64,000 nt of DNA from a virus (Duplodnaviria; Caudoviricetes), in IMG/VR virus record IMGVR_UViG_2600255040_000002, positions 6,043 to 70,042 of that record. One strand, given 5' to 3'. Every line of letters starts with the position of its first letter. The first letter of the stretch is position 1. This document shows, piece after piece, positions 27,808 through 35,864 of this stretch. The notes beneath the pieces are model-generated. The model ran no database searches. It had not been told where the DNA came from and saw only the letters and a list, made by a program, of their open reading frames with translations. Both the position numbers and the translations under genes were made by a program.

Positions 27808-28056
27808 GTGGCAACTGCCCGTGTCAGATTACCAGATAGCCTGTATGGCCTTATGCGCTCCGAGATGGAGACGGCCATCCGGGAGGCCAATCTTGGGAAC
27901 GACGACACGGACATTGCCAGGCGCTACCTGATCGACCAGGTCCCGCAAATCGACATTGCAGCGGAGTTCGGCTGGGAGCGGTCTACCATCTCTCACCGAG
28001 TCAAACGGATTCTCCACAAAGTTGAAAGCACAGCTCAAAAACTACATTTCACATAA
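27808..28056 (+). CDS. Small HTH DNA-binding protein
   Basis: QIDIAAEFGWERSTISHRVKRI. Confidence 0.8.
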   Translation: MATARVRLPDSLYGLMRSEMETAIREANLGNDDTDIARRYLIDQVPQIDIAAEFGWERSTISHRVKRILHKVESTAQKLHFT

Positions 28057-28067
28057 TTTCACCTAAA

Positions 28068-28103
28068 CCCCGCTTGGGCACCACCCAGGCGGGGCCTTTT
28101 TTT
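28068..28103 (+). terminator. Intrinsic terminator ending the lysis cassette
   Basis: CCCCGCTTGGG/CCCAGGCGGGG plus T7. Confidence 0.75.
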
Positions 28104-28114
28104 GCGAAAATATC

Positions 28115-28176
28115 ATCAGGAGGACGTAAGGGACAAGGGCTGGTACACGTCGCCGCCCTCCTTGCGGCCTCCTGAT
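28115..28176 (+). promoter_or_regulatory. Structured leader of the accessory operon
   Basis: ATCAGGAGG/CCTCCTGAT stem with nested CGTAAGG/CCTTGCG and AGGGC/GCCCT helices. Confidence 0.55.
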
Positions 28177-28201
28177 TTCACTGATAAGGACGTGTTTTAA
28201 G

Positions 28202-28372
28202 TTGATTCTGAATGGTTCAGAACTGGTGGCCCGGTTGGTGGCCTGCGGCTTCACGGAGTCCAGCGCGTGGGACATCTGCATGAAATATGCCACTGACGGA
28301 AATTACTCCGGCCTGGAAGGATACATCCACCAGCAGGAGCTTTTGTATGACGACCGAAAGCAATATGTTTGA
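28202..28372 (+). CDS. 56-aa hypothetical protein, accessory operon gene 1
   Basis: TTG start after AAGGA; MILNGSELVARLVACGF; overlaps the next ATG. Confidence 0.55.
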   Translation: MILNGSELVARLVACGFTESSAWDICMKYATDGNYSGLEGYIHQQELLYDDRKQYV

Positions 28373-28727
28373 GTTTTACAATCCGAATCCCTACGAGAAA
28401 AATGTGGGGGATTGTACCGTCCGGGCCATCTCGAAGGCGCTGGAGCAGGACTGGTACAGGACATATCTTGGCCTCTGCATTGAGGGCGCTGTGAGAGGCG
28501 ATATGCCAAGCGCAAACGCCACATGGGGCGCTTACCTCCGGCGGCATGGCTTTCGGCGGGACATGGCACCCGAGGACATGACCGTGGCGGAGTTTGCGAT
28601 GGGGCATCCAAACGGGACTTACATTTTGGCCCTGTCCGGCCATGTGGTATGCCTGCAGGATGGTGTGATCTACGATACGTGGCACAGCGAGAACGAGACC
28701 GTACTTTACTTCTGGCAGAAAGGATGA
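28365..28727 (+). CDS. Putative papain-like cysteine peptidase, accessory operon gene 2
   Basis: GDCTVRA...GHVV...YDTW, a Cys-His-Asp order. Confidence 0.6.
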   Translation: MFEFYNPNPYEKNVGDCTVRAISKALEQDWYRTYLGLCIEGAVRGDMPSANATWGAYLRRHGFRRDMAPEDMTVAEFAMGHPNGTYILALSGHVVCLQDGVIYDTWHSENETVLYFWQKG

Positions 28728-28733
28728 CGTGAG

Positions 28734-29141
28734 ATGCCGAACTATCCCTATTACTATCAGCCGTACCAACCGTATCAGCCGCCTATGGCGGACCAGCTGA
28801 CGCAGCTGCGGCAGTCCTATCAACCCATGCAGCAGCCGCAGCAAGCCCCGGCATCTCCGTCTATTGTGTGGGTGCAGAGCGAGATGGAGGCGGCTAATTA
28901 TCTAGTCGCTCCAAACTCCGCCGTTACGTTATGGGACAGCAACGCTCCAGTGGTCTATCTCAAACAGGCGGACGCAAGCGGCAAGCCCAGCATGAAGATA
29001 TATGACCTTGTAGAGCGCAATCAGCGGACTGCACAGGCCCCGCAGGCTCCGGCGGTAGAGTATGCGCCTCTGTCCCGTTTAGAGGCGTTGGAGGCTCGCC
29101 TGGATGCGCTGGCGGCAAAAGATAAGGAGGATGCGGAATGA
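28734..29141 (+). CDS. Q/P/Y-rich protein, accessory operon gene 3
   Basis: Low-complexity N-terminus, globular core, coiled-coil end. Confidence 0.8.
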   Translation: MPNYPYYYQPYQPYQPPMADQLTQLRQSYQPMQQPQQAPASPSIVWVQSEMEAANYLVAPNSAVTLWDSNAPVVYLKQADASGKPSMKIYDLVERNQRTAQAPQAPAVEYAPLSRLEALEARLDALAAKDKEDAE

Positions 29142-29359
29142 ATCCCTTTTTTCAGGCGATGGGCGGCAACAGACAGCCCAACATGATGCAGCAGTTTCAG
29201 CAGTTCATGAATCAAATGAAAGGCAAGGACCCTAACGCCATGATACAAGAGATGGTATCCTCTGGACGCATTTCACAAGATCAGCTTAACCAAGTCCAAA
29301 AGCAGGCCCAGCAGATGCAGGGCATGTTTGAGGGAATGCGGGGGATGTTTGGGAAGTGA
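29138..29359 (+). CDS. Q/M-rich small protein, accessory operon gene 4
   Basis: AAGGAGG RBS, ATGA coupling. Confidence 0.8.
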   Translation: MNPFFQAMGGNRQPNMMQQFQQFMNQMKGKDPNAMIQEMVSSGRISQDQLNQVQKQAQQMQGMFEGMRGMFGK

Positions 29360-29504
29360 AGAAGTGAACTTCACTTTCCGCAGAATGTGAAGTGAATTTG
29401 CAAAGTGTACTTACCATTTCCAAACCATTTATTAAACCATTTCAAACCATTTAATCAAAATCCCGGCCGGGTTTTGAAAATAAATCTACAAAGGAGATAA
29501 CACA

Positions 29505-30245
29505 ATGAGTCTTTCTTCTGACGGCGCTGTGATGACCATGCCCGTGACTCCTGCCTATCAGGGCGGAAACGGCGGTTTCGGCGGCTGGGGCGGCGATTGG
29601 TCCAGCTGGATCATTTTGTTCCTTATCTGGGGCATCTTTGGCTGGGGCAATGGCGGATATGGCGGCTTCGGTGGCGGCGGTGGGGTCAACAACCCCGGCC
29701 TCCAGGGCCTTGCTACCCGCTCTGACATCAACGAGGGCTTCGCCCTGAACGGCCTCCAGAACGGCCAGACCTCCATCCGGGATGCCGTGAGCAACGGCTT
29801 CCATGGCGTGGATACCGCTGTGTGCAACCTGGGCTATCAGACGCAGGCGGGCTTTAACGCCCTCGGCGCCCAGCTGGCGCAGTGCTGCTGCGATACTCAG
29901 CGGAGCATTGACGGTGTCCGGTACGACATGGCTACTCAGGCTTGCGATACCCGCAACACCATCCAGTCCAGCACCCGCGACATCATCGACAACGCCAATG
30001 CCAACAGCCGCGCGATCCTGGACTTCCTGACCCAGGACAAGATCGCTACTCTGACGGCTGAAAACCAGAGCCTGAAGTTCCAGGCTTCTCAGGCGGCTCA
30101 GAACGCTTTCTTCACCGCTAATCAGGAGGCCCAGACCGCTGAACTGATTCGCCGCATCAACCCCATGCCGGTCCCGGCCTATCAGGTGCCTAATCCTTAT
30201 GCCGGATGTGGGTGCAATCCCTGCGGCTGCGGCTGCGGCTGCTAA
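29505..30245 (+). CDS. Gly-rich/TM/coiled-coil protein with Cys-rich tail, accessory operon gene 5
   Basis: GGFGGWGG-WIILFLIWGIFGWG, QCCCD, terminal CGCNPCGCGCGC. Confidence 0.85.
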   Translation: MSLSSDGAVMTMPVTPAYQGGNGGFGGWGGDWSSWIILFLIWGIFGWGNGGYGGFGGGGGVNNPGLQGLATRSDINEGFALNGLQNGQTSIRDAVSNGFHGVDTAVCNLGYQTQAGFNALGAQLAQCCCDTQRSIDGVRYDMATQACDTRNTIQSSTRDIIDNANANSRAILDFLTQDKIATLTAENQSLKFQASQAAQNAFFTANQEAQTAELIRRINPMPVPAYQVPNPYAGCGCNPCGCGCGC

Positions 30246-30357
30246 AACCCAATACATCAACTTGTAAGAAAGGCTTACATGTTCGGCCCCGTGCCGATTT
30301 TGAACCATGCGGCGGGGGCAATAGCCTCCGCCGACTTTTTTGAAAGGAATGAAGTTT

Positions 30358-30780
30358 ATGGCTGAATTTACTGGAGTATTTGTCCAGCAGGTGGCCGCTA
30401 ATCAGAATGTGATCTTTACAGAGACGCCTGTCAGCGGGTCCAACTGTGTTGTGCATAGAGATGGCTCCGGCATTGTTACCCTGCGGGGAATGACGAATCA
30501 GTGCCGTGCCCGCTATAAGGTGGTTTTCGGAAGCAACATCGCCATTCCAACTGGCGGCGCGGTAGGCCCTATCTCCGTGGCAATTGCCGTGGAGGGAGAG
30601 GCGCTGGGCAGTGCTACCGCTATCGTGACCCCTGCTGCGGTGGACGAGTTTTTCAACGTGTTTGCTGCGGCCTTTATTGAGGTCTCCCGTGGCTGCTGCG
30701 TGACCGTGGCAATCAAAAATACTAGCACGGAAACGATTGAGGTAGAAAACGCTAACCTGATTATTGAGCGTGTGGCTTGA
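30358..30780 (+). CDS. Beta-sandwich (BclA-C/C1q-like by inference) protein, accessory operon gene 6
   Basis: All-beta pattern, GRYKV-like strand, ENANLIIERVA end. Confidence 0.75.
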   Translation: MAEFTGVFVQQVAANQNVIFTETPVSGSNCVVHRDGSGIVTLRGMTNQCRARYKVVFGSNIAIPTGGAVGPISVAIAVEGEALGSATAIVTPAAVDEFFNVFAAAFIEVSRGCCVTVAIKNTSTETIEVENANLIIERVA

Positions 30781-30794
30781 AAGGAGAGTCAAGA

Positions 30795-31193
30795 ATGTAT
30801 ATGCATGAACTGAAAGAAAAGCTCTGCGAAGAGTTGGAGGAGATCGCCCGCAAGCCGGAGATGTCTGCCGGGGACCTGGAGGCCGCCCACAAGCTGACCG
30901 ATACTATCAAGAACATCGACAAGATCGAGATGCTGGAAGAGGACGATGGGTACAGCCGGGCCGGGAACTGGGAGGCCGATATGCGCGGCACTTATGCCCG
31001 CGGCTCCAGCTACCGTGGCCGGAAGCGGGATTCCATGGGACGTTATAGCCGGGATGGGCGCATGGGTGGATACAGCCGCCACGACTCCAAAGAGGCTATG
31101 ATGGAGCAGGCTCAGGAGATGATGGATAACGCTACTACTGAGAGGGAGCGCGACGCCATTCGCCGCTTTATGTCCGAACTGGGTCGGGATTGA
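30795..31193 (+). CDS. Helical protein with GRYSR repeats, accessory operon gene 7
   Basis: AAGGAG RBS; SRGRKRDSMGRYSRD. Confidence 0.8.
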   Translation: MYMHELKEKLCEELEEIARKPEMSAGDLEAAHKLTDTIKNIDKIEMLEEDDGYSRAGNWEADMRGTYARGSSYRGRKRDSMGRYSRDGRMGGYSRHDSKEAMMEQAQEMMDNATTERERDAIRRFMSELGRD

Positions 31194-31208
31194 TAGGGGG
31201 TGCCCCCT

Positions 31209-31550
31209 ATGCTAGACCCCAAAGAGATCGACATTGAGATTGCTCGTCTGGAGTACGGAGAGAGCAGCTATCCCGCATACGCTAAATTAGCAACCTTGTA
31301 CACCATCAAGAACCAGATGAAGAAGCAAGAACCGGAAATGCAAAGTCGTACCTATGAGCAAGCCTATTCTGCGGCTCCGGCTGAAATACCTGTAGAGGTC
31401 GGGAGATACGGAGACAGCGAATTTCTCCGCGAGGTTGAAGGGAGAAACGAGGAGCAGGTATGGGGCATTATGGATGACTTGATGGATACGCTCCAGGTTG
31501 CTAATCCCCGTGTGTATAACGGGGTAATGCGAAAAATACGGTCCCTATAA
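31209..31550 (+). CDS. Hypothetical protein, accessory operon gene 8
   Basis: ATG after AGGGGG; followed by a terminator. Confidence 0.8.
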   Translation: MLDPKEIDIEIARLEYGESSYPAYAKLATLYTIKNQMKKQEPEMQSRTYEQAYSAAPAEIPVEVGRYGDSEFLREVEGRNEEQVWGIMDDLMDTLQVANPRVYNGVMRKIRSL

Positions 31551-31584
31551 AAATTTCCGCCCTCAGAAATGGGGGCGGATTTCA
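31551..31584 (+). terminator. Hairpin ending the accessory operon
   Basis: TCCGCC/GGCGGA stem flanked by A/T runs. Confidence 0.6.
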
Positions 31585-31698
31585 TATGTAATTTCATCTG
31601 TAATTGTATGTAAATTTATATGATTTTGTGTTAAGACATATAACGAACAGTGATATTTTTCAGAAAACTGAAAACGGCTAAAAGCACTGCGGCACAAG

Positions 31699-31730
31699 GA
31701 AAAACCTCGCAACCGTCACGGCTACGAGGC
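31699..31730 (-). terminator. Terminator downstream of the tRNA 3' half
   Basis: CCTCGTAGCCG/CGGTTGCGAGG stem plus U run on the minus strand. Confidence 0.75.
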
Positions 31731-31739
31731 TTTCTGCTT

Positions 31740-31784
31740 TGGTGACCCGTCGGGGATTCGAACCCCGGACCCACTGCTTAAAAG
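31740..31784 (-). pseudogene. 3' half of tRNA-Lys(UUU), att core at the prophage junction
   Basis: Minus strand CTTTTAAGCAGTGGGTCCGGGGTTCGAATCCCCGACGGGTCACCA: anticodon loop, T arm, CCA; no 5' half. Confidence 0.9.
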
Positions 31785-31896
31785 ATAGTCTTGTCAATAA
31801 CTGGGGATAACTGAAACCGTCTATCCGTTGCGCCGCAAGAGATAGAACATTGGTAGTTTTTCAAAGTTATTTTCAGTTACTACCACGGTTACAACC

Positions 31897-33009
31897 TTAT
31901 TTAAGCTTCTGAATCTCGGATTTCAGCCGCTGGATGTCATCTTGGATGTACACATCGGAGGTCACGGCGAAATCCGTATGACCCATAGTGCGTTTGATCG
32001 CGTCGTTATCCACGCCTGCAGTTTTTGCTCGGGTTGCGAATGTGTAGCGGGTGCAATGGGGATGGAGCTGCCGGCCTTCCCTGGTGATCCCCAGACGCTG
32101 GAGAGTGTTCTTCCAGTCCCGTCGGGCAAAGTTGTTCCGCACCAGATTCCCGGTGTATCCGGACAGCAGCAGGGGGCCGGTAGCCCTGGCTGCAAAATAC
32201 TCTACATAGGGCCGGATCTTTGGGTGGATCACCACCACTCGGCCGCGGCCGGCAGCTGTCTTTTCGCCGCCGTACATGACATCCAGATCAAGGTCCACTT
32301 GGTCCCTGCGCTTTTGGAGCAGCTCATTGATCCGGTAGCCGGTATAGATCAGGATCAGGATAATCATGGAGGTTTCATCCCCGACGTCCGCGTCGGCACG
32401 GAGACGGAGGATCTCGGCCTCCGTGAAGGTATCCCGCTGCACCGGCTCCTGCCGGGGCAGGACCAGAAAGTCCGCATAGTTGCGGTCCAGGATGTCCTTG
32501 CGCATGGCATATTGGCAGAGCTGGCTGTATAGCGTCTGGATTTTTTTGACTGTGGAGCGGCTGCGGCCTTTCGCCACATCAGCATCAACGATCTTCTGGA
32601 CATCCTCCGTCCGTAGTGTGCGCATTTTTCGGGACGCCAGAGGCTCCAGCTTGGACCAGGCCAGATCGTATGCTAGACAAGCGTCCTCCTTCAGCCGGGG
32701 ATAGTGCTGGGCTTTCCAAAGTGTGAAAATCTCCTGAAGGGTCAGGTCAATGGCATCGCCGATAGGCTTACCTGCCAGCTTTTCGAGGGCTTCCTGGGCG
32801 GCCGTTTTCGTGGCATAACGGCCCAAAATCTTCCCGCCCTTTGCCATGACCCAGGGGCGTGTCCGGCGCTTGTCTGTGAGTTTGTAGACACTGCCGGAGC
32901 CATTTGGGCGCTTTCTGGGCCGTGGCTCCAGCCGGTGGATCACTCGGCCACAATAACAGCAGATATTTGAGTCGTCCGGGATCTCCCTGCGGCATTTTGG
33001 ACAGAGCAT
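31897..33009 (-). CDS. int: Tyrosine integrase with N-terminal zinc ribbon
   Basis: YTGYRINEL, HCTRYTFAT, MGHTDFAVTSDVY; ATG after AGGAGG; adjacent to att. Confidence 0.95.
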   Translation of the reverse strand: MLCPKCRREIPDDSNICCYCGRVIHRLEPRPRKRPNGSGSVYKLTDKRRTRPWVMAKGGKILGRYATKTAAQEALEKLAGKPIGDAIDLTLQEIFTLWKAQHYPRLKEDACLAYDLAWSKLEPLASRKMRTLRTEDVQKIVDADVAKGRSRSTVKKIQTLYSQLCQYAMRKDILDRNYADFLVLPRQEPVQRDTFTEAEILRLRADADVGDETSMIILILIYTGYRINELLQKRRDQVDLDLDVMYGGEKTAAGRGRVVVIHPKIRPYVEYFAARATGPLLLSGYTGNLVRNNFARRDWKNTLQRLGITREGRQLHPHCTRYTFATRAKTAGVDNDAIKRTMGHTDFAVTSDVYIQDDIQRLKSEIQKLK

Positions 33010-33321
33010 AGAGAAACCTCCTAATAGAGATAAAGCCGCTCCTACCGGAGCGGCTCTTCTTTTTACCTTGCCGCCAAGGCTACGAGGGCGCACTTGGACT
33101 GCGCAGGTTGTCGGACGCCGGGCCACCGCGGGACTCTTGTGGCATTTTAAGGCCGTTTGAGAAGAATGTAAAATAACCACTAGATGTTGCGGTGGATACA
33201 GTTGCACAACTTGGCGAAATATGGTAAGATATACCCAGGCGTTGCGATATACGGTAGGCGGTTGGCTCCTCCATCCCAGGAGGGGACTTCTTGCCCCCTC
33301 CGGAGAGAGGGGGTGGTGCTT

Positions 33322-33405
33322 ATGCTTACATACTCAGAACTGTTTCAGTTCTGTCTTGTGATCATTGGTATCATTGGCCTGTTTCTACAGGCAAAAAAGA
33401 AGTAA
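33322..33405 (+). CDS. Type I toxin-like holin-like peptide (27 aa)
   Basis: MLTYSELFQFCLVIIGIIGLFLQAKKK; promoter TTGCAC-17-TAAGAT; leader hairpin next to the RBS. Confidence 0.75.
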   Translation: MLTYSELFQFCLVIIGIIGLFLQAKKK

Positions 33406-33490
33406 CCGCCCATAGCTCCCCAGCCAGGCGGTTACTCTTTGAGTAAATTGCTATAGGGGCAGACCGCTTATCGGCAACGCCCTTTTCTAT
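33390..33490 (-). ncRNA. Antisense antitoxin RNA overlapping the toxin mRNA 3' end
   Basis: Consensus promoter TTGACA-17-TATACT (33523-33495); terminator GTAACCGCC/GGCGGTTAC plus U run. Confidence 0.75.
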
Positions 33491-33598
33491 TCTCAGTATA
33501 ACCGCGGTATTGGGAACTGTCAAGAAGTAAAGGTAACAAAAAGTCACGAAATGTACCGGAATGGAAGGAAGTGTGTCTGGGTAGGCATACTTCCTTTT

Positions 33599-33623
33599 GC
33601 CGCCCCTGATGGGGCGGCCTTTT
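33599..33623. terminator. Hairpin terminator
   Basis: GCCGCCCC/GGGGCGGC. Confidence 0.6.
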
Positions 33624-33889
33624 TACTGCGCCTTCTTCAGGGCGTTGATCTCCTTGGTGTGGCGCTTGAGGAGTTCGTGGTGGAGATCAAGCTCCTCCTG
33701 CATCTTGTCCATCAGGTCCGGATCGGGGAGGGCCTTGAGCTTTTCGTTGGCGGCGGCGAGGCCGTCGGCCAGGAGGTTGAACTTCGGGTGGATGTCAGCC
33801 TCCAATAATACCTTGACCTCATTGATAATTTCTTGTTTCTGCTGGGCCATCAGCTGGGCGAGGGCCTGCAGGTCTTTTTCGTCTAACAT
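33623..33889 (-). CDS. Coiled-coil hypothetical protein
   Basis: GGAG RBS; co-oriented with the lysogeny genes. Confidence 0.75.
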   Translation of the reverse strand: MLDEKDLQALAQLMAQQKQEIINEVKVLLEADIHPKFNLLADGLAAANEKLKALPDPDLMDKMQEELDLHHELLKRHTKEINALKKAQ

Positions 33890-33892
33890 AGA

Positions 33893-34561
33893 TTATTCTC
33901 CTTCGCTGGCGCTCTCTTCGAGAATCGCTTGAATTTCCTCATCTGTGAACCCTGCATTGCTCAAATAAGCCATACGCTCCGATACAGCCAAATAGACCTG
34001 CGGTGTGAGAGCCTCGATAGAGTCCTGTGCATCGCTAAGATCTGATATCTCGTTGTCATCAATATATTTCATGAGAGAGTCAGCCGCCCCCCAGAGCAGC
34101 ACGGTATATCCGCTGACAGCATCCTTGTAGGCATCTGCTGATTCGTCCACGACCTCATCCAAGTGATTGTCGAACTGGATCATATACTGTTTAACATCTT
34201 CGCAGGTATTATATACGTCTAGTATAGTAGCACTTCCATCGCCCAGACCATTGAGGGCATCTTGGAAAATGCCGAGGTATCGCTCCGCCATTTCGAGGGT
34301 CGTATAGATCATCAGGTCGTTGCTCTCAGCGGTTTCCTTTGATGGGGCGGGCGTCTGTGCGGCATCGTTGGTGCTGTCTTCCAAATCATCCCCCATGGAC
34401 CCAATGGCGCCGAGAACTAGGAGGATGATAAGCACATACCACCAGTGGAATTTCTTCTTCTTTTTCGGCTGCGGAGGCGTCTCGGCATTTCCTGGGGCTG
34501 GCGTCCCGCAGTTGGGGCAGAAATTTCCAGCATAATCCTGCCCGCATTTTGAACACTTCAT
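33893..34561 (-). CDS. Zinc-ribbon membrane protein (superinfection-exclusion-like)
   Basis: CSKC..FCPNCG, KKKKFHWWYVLIILLV TM, acidic extracellular domain. Confidence 0.75.
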   Translation of the reverse strand: MKCSKCGQDYAGNFCPNCGTPAPGNAETPPQPKKKKKFHWWYVLIILLVLGAIGSMGDDLEDSTNDAAQTPAPSKETAESNDLMIYTTLEMAERYLGIFQDALNGLGDGSATILDVYNTCEDVKQYMIQFDNHLDEVVDESADAYKDAVSGYTVLLWGAADSLMKYIDDNEISDLSDAQDSIEALTPQVYLAVSERMAYLSNAGFTDEEIQAILEESASEGE

Positions 34562-34628
34562 TTCCCAATCTCCCTCTCTCGCGTGTCCGATTCGGACACG
34601 TTTTATTTTTATCCGCGCTAGCGGGGTA

Positions 34629-34868
34629 TCACTTGTTGATCTCCGGATTGTCCGTCCGGCCCAGCAGGTAGTCCACGGAGCAGTCCAGGTAGTCGGCGAT
34701 CTTAGCAAAGTTCAGAGTGAGAATATCCGTACCTCTGCTGATCTTATTCACAGTGTTCACACCTAACTCACAAGCCGCCAAAACGTCTTTTAAGGGTTTA
34801 CCCTGCTGTTTTGCTCTGCCTTTGATTCTTTGAGCAATCTCTTGTGAATTGTACACGGGAATCACCAC
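34629..34868 (-). CDS. XRE-family regulator
   Basis: LNFAKIADYLDCSVDYLLGRTDNP. Confidence 0.88.
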   Translation of the reverse strand: MVIPVYNSQEIAQRIKGRAKQQGKPLKDVLAACELGVNTVNKISRGTDILTLNFAKIADYLDCSVDYLLGRTDNPEINK

Positions 34869-34890
34869 CTGCTGTTGTACATACTAACAA

Positions 34891-34960
34891 AATAACCTTA
34901 TTAGGTTATTTTTGGATTGACAATAACCTAAATAGGTGATAATAATATAACCGTAGGTTA
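34891..34960 (+). promoter_or_regulatory. Operator cluster (AACCT-N4-AGGTT-like) overlapping a TTGACA-17-TAATAA promoter
   Basis: AATAACCTTATTAGGTTATT, ATAACCTAAATAGGTGAT, TAACCGTAGGTTA. Confidence 0.7.
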
Positions 34961-34996
34961 AACAACTACAAGTTAAGACAAGGCCAACGGGGGCGT

Positions 34997-35428
34997 TCAA
35001 GCATACATCTCCGCGGCCAAGTTGCCGTGCGTATACCAGCAGACCGCCTTGCGCATGAGGTCCTCAGTCACACAGAAATGCTCCGACAGGGCGGGGATAT
35101 CCTCGCAGCCCTCAACCACGGCTTCATCCAGATCCTCCACTGGGATCAGGTGCTGGATGGCCCACTTGTCGGCCCGGTTCTCGTGACGCTGGCGCACATC
35201 CAGCGCCGCGTACTGGTTATAAAAGCTGCCGGTCTCACAGTGGCCCAGCTCATGGGCCAGGCAGACCGTCTCCTGCGCCAGGGATCCCAGCTTCCAAGGG
35301 TCCAAGGCAATGGCATACCGATCTCCCAGCGGGACCGACAGGGACGTGGCCCGCCGCATGGGAATCCAGTCCACATCGATATTCCGCCGCTCCGCATAAG
35401 CATATAGATCTAGCGGATGATTGGTCAT
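34997..35428 (-). CDS. immA: ImmA/IrrE-family metallopeptidase (antirepressor)
   Basis: LAHELGH (HExxH), ENRADKWA. Confidence 0.9.
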   Translation of the reverse strand: MTNHPLDLYAYAERRNIDVDWIPMRRATSLSVPLGDRYAIALDPWKLGSLAQETVCLAHELGHCETGSFYNQYAALDVRQRHENRADKWAIQHLIPVEDLDEAVVEGCEDIPALSEHFCVTEDLMRKAVCWYTHGNLAAEMYA

Positions 35429-35805
35429 TTCTTTTTGCGCCTCCGCTGGTCCAGCTTGTACTGGATGTAGTCCTTTGCATCCTCCCATAGCTCGTCCATC
35501 TCGGCCGGAGTCAAATCTTGGCCTCCCTCAAAAAAAGCGGCCTTGATAGTGTCCTCGCTGACCGTGTCCGAATCGGACACGACAGGCCGTGGGCCCCGCT
35601 TTTGGGGACCTTCTCCGGTGAGGAGATATTCTGTGGTGGTTCCCAGGGCCTCGGCGATCTGGGGCAAGTATTTCGTGTAGGATTTTGCCCGGCGTGTGCG
35701 CCATGCGCTGACTGTTTTGTCATTGACCCTAAGGGCGGAGGCAAACTCCTTTTGCTCTTTGAATTTTTCGCCCACCAACTCAAAAATGCGGTCAACGGCA
35801 TCCAT
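35425..35805 (-). CDS. Prophage repressor (ImmR/CI-like XRE)
   Basis: YLPQIAEALGTTTEYLLTG; coupled to immA. Confidence 0.88.
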   Translation of the reverse strand: MDAVDRIFELVGEKFKEQKEFASALRVNDKTVSAWRTRRAKSYTKYLPQIAEALGTTTEYLLTGEGPQKRGPRPVVSDSDTVSEDTIKAAFFEGGQDLTPAEMDELWEDAKDYIQYKLDQRRRKKK

Positions 35806-35864
35806 GGGTATCACCTCAAATCTGCATAATCTTGAAATCAAAGATTGTGAAAAATGACGGTCTT

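Larger units (their letters stand above)
1..31784 (+). mobile_element. Prophage 1 (A118/SPP1-like siphovirus, left end outside window)
   Basis: Colinear early genes, TerS/TerL, portal, capsid, tail, lysis, ending at a tRNA 3' fragment. Confidence 0.93.

Noticed and set aside
31740-31784. Functional tRNA-Lys gene
   Set aside because: The 5' half (acceptor 5' strand, D arm, anticodon stem 5' strand) is absent.
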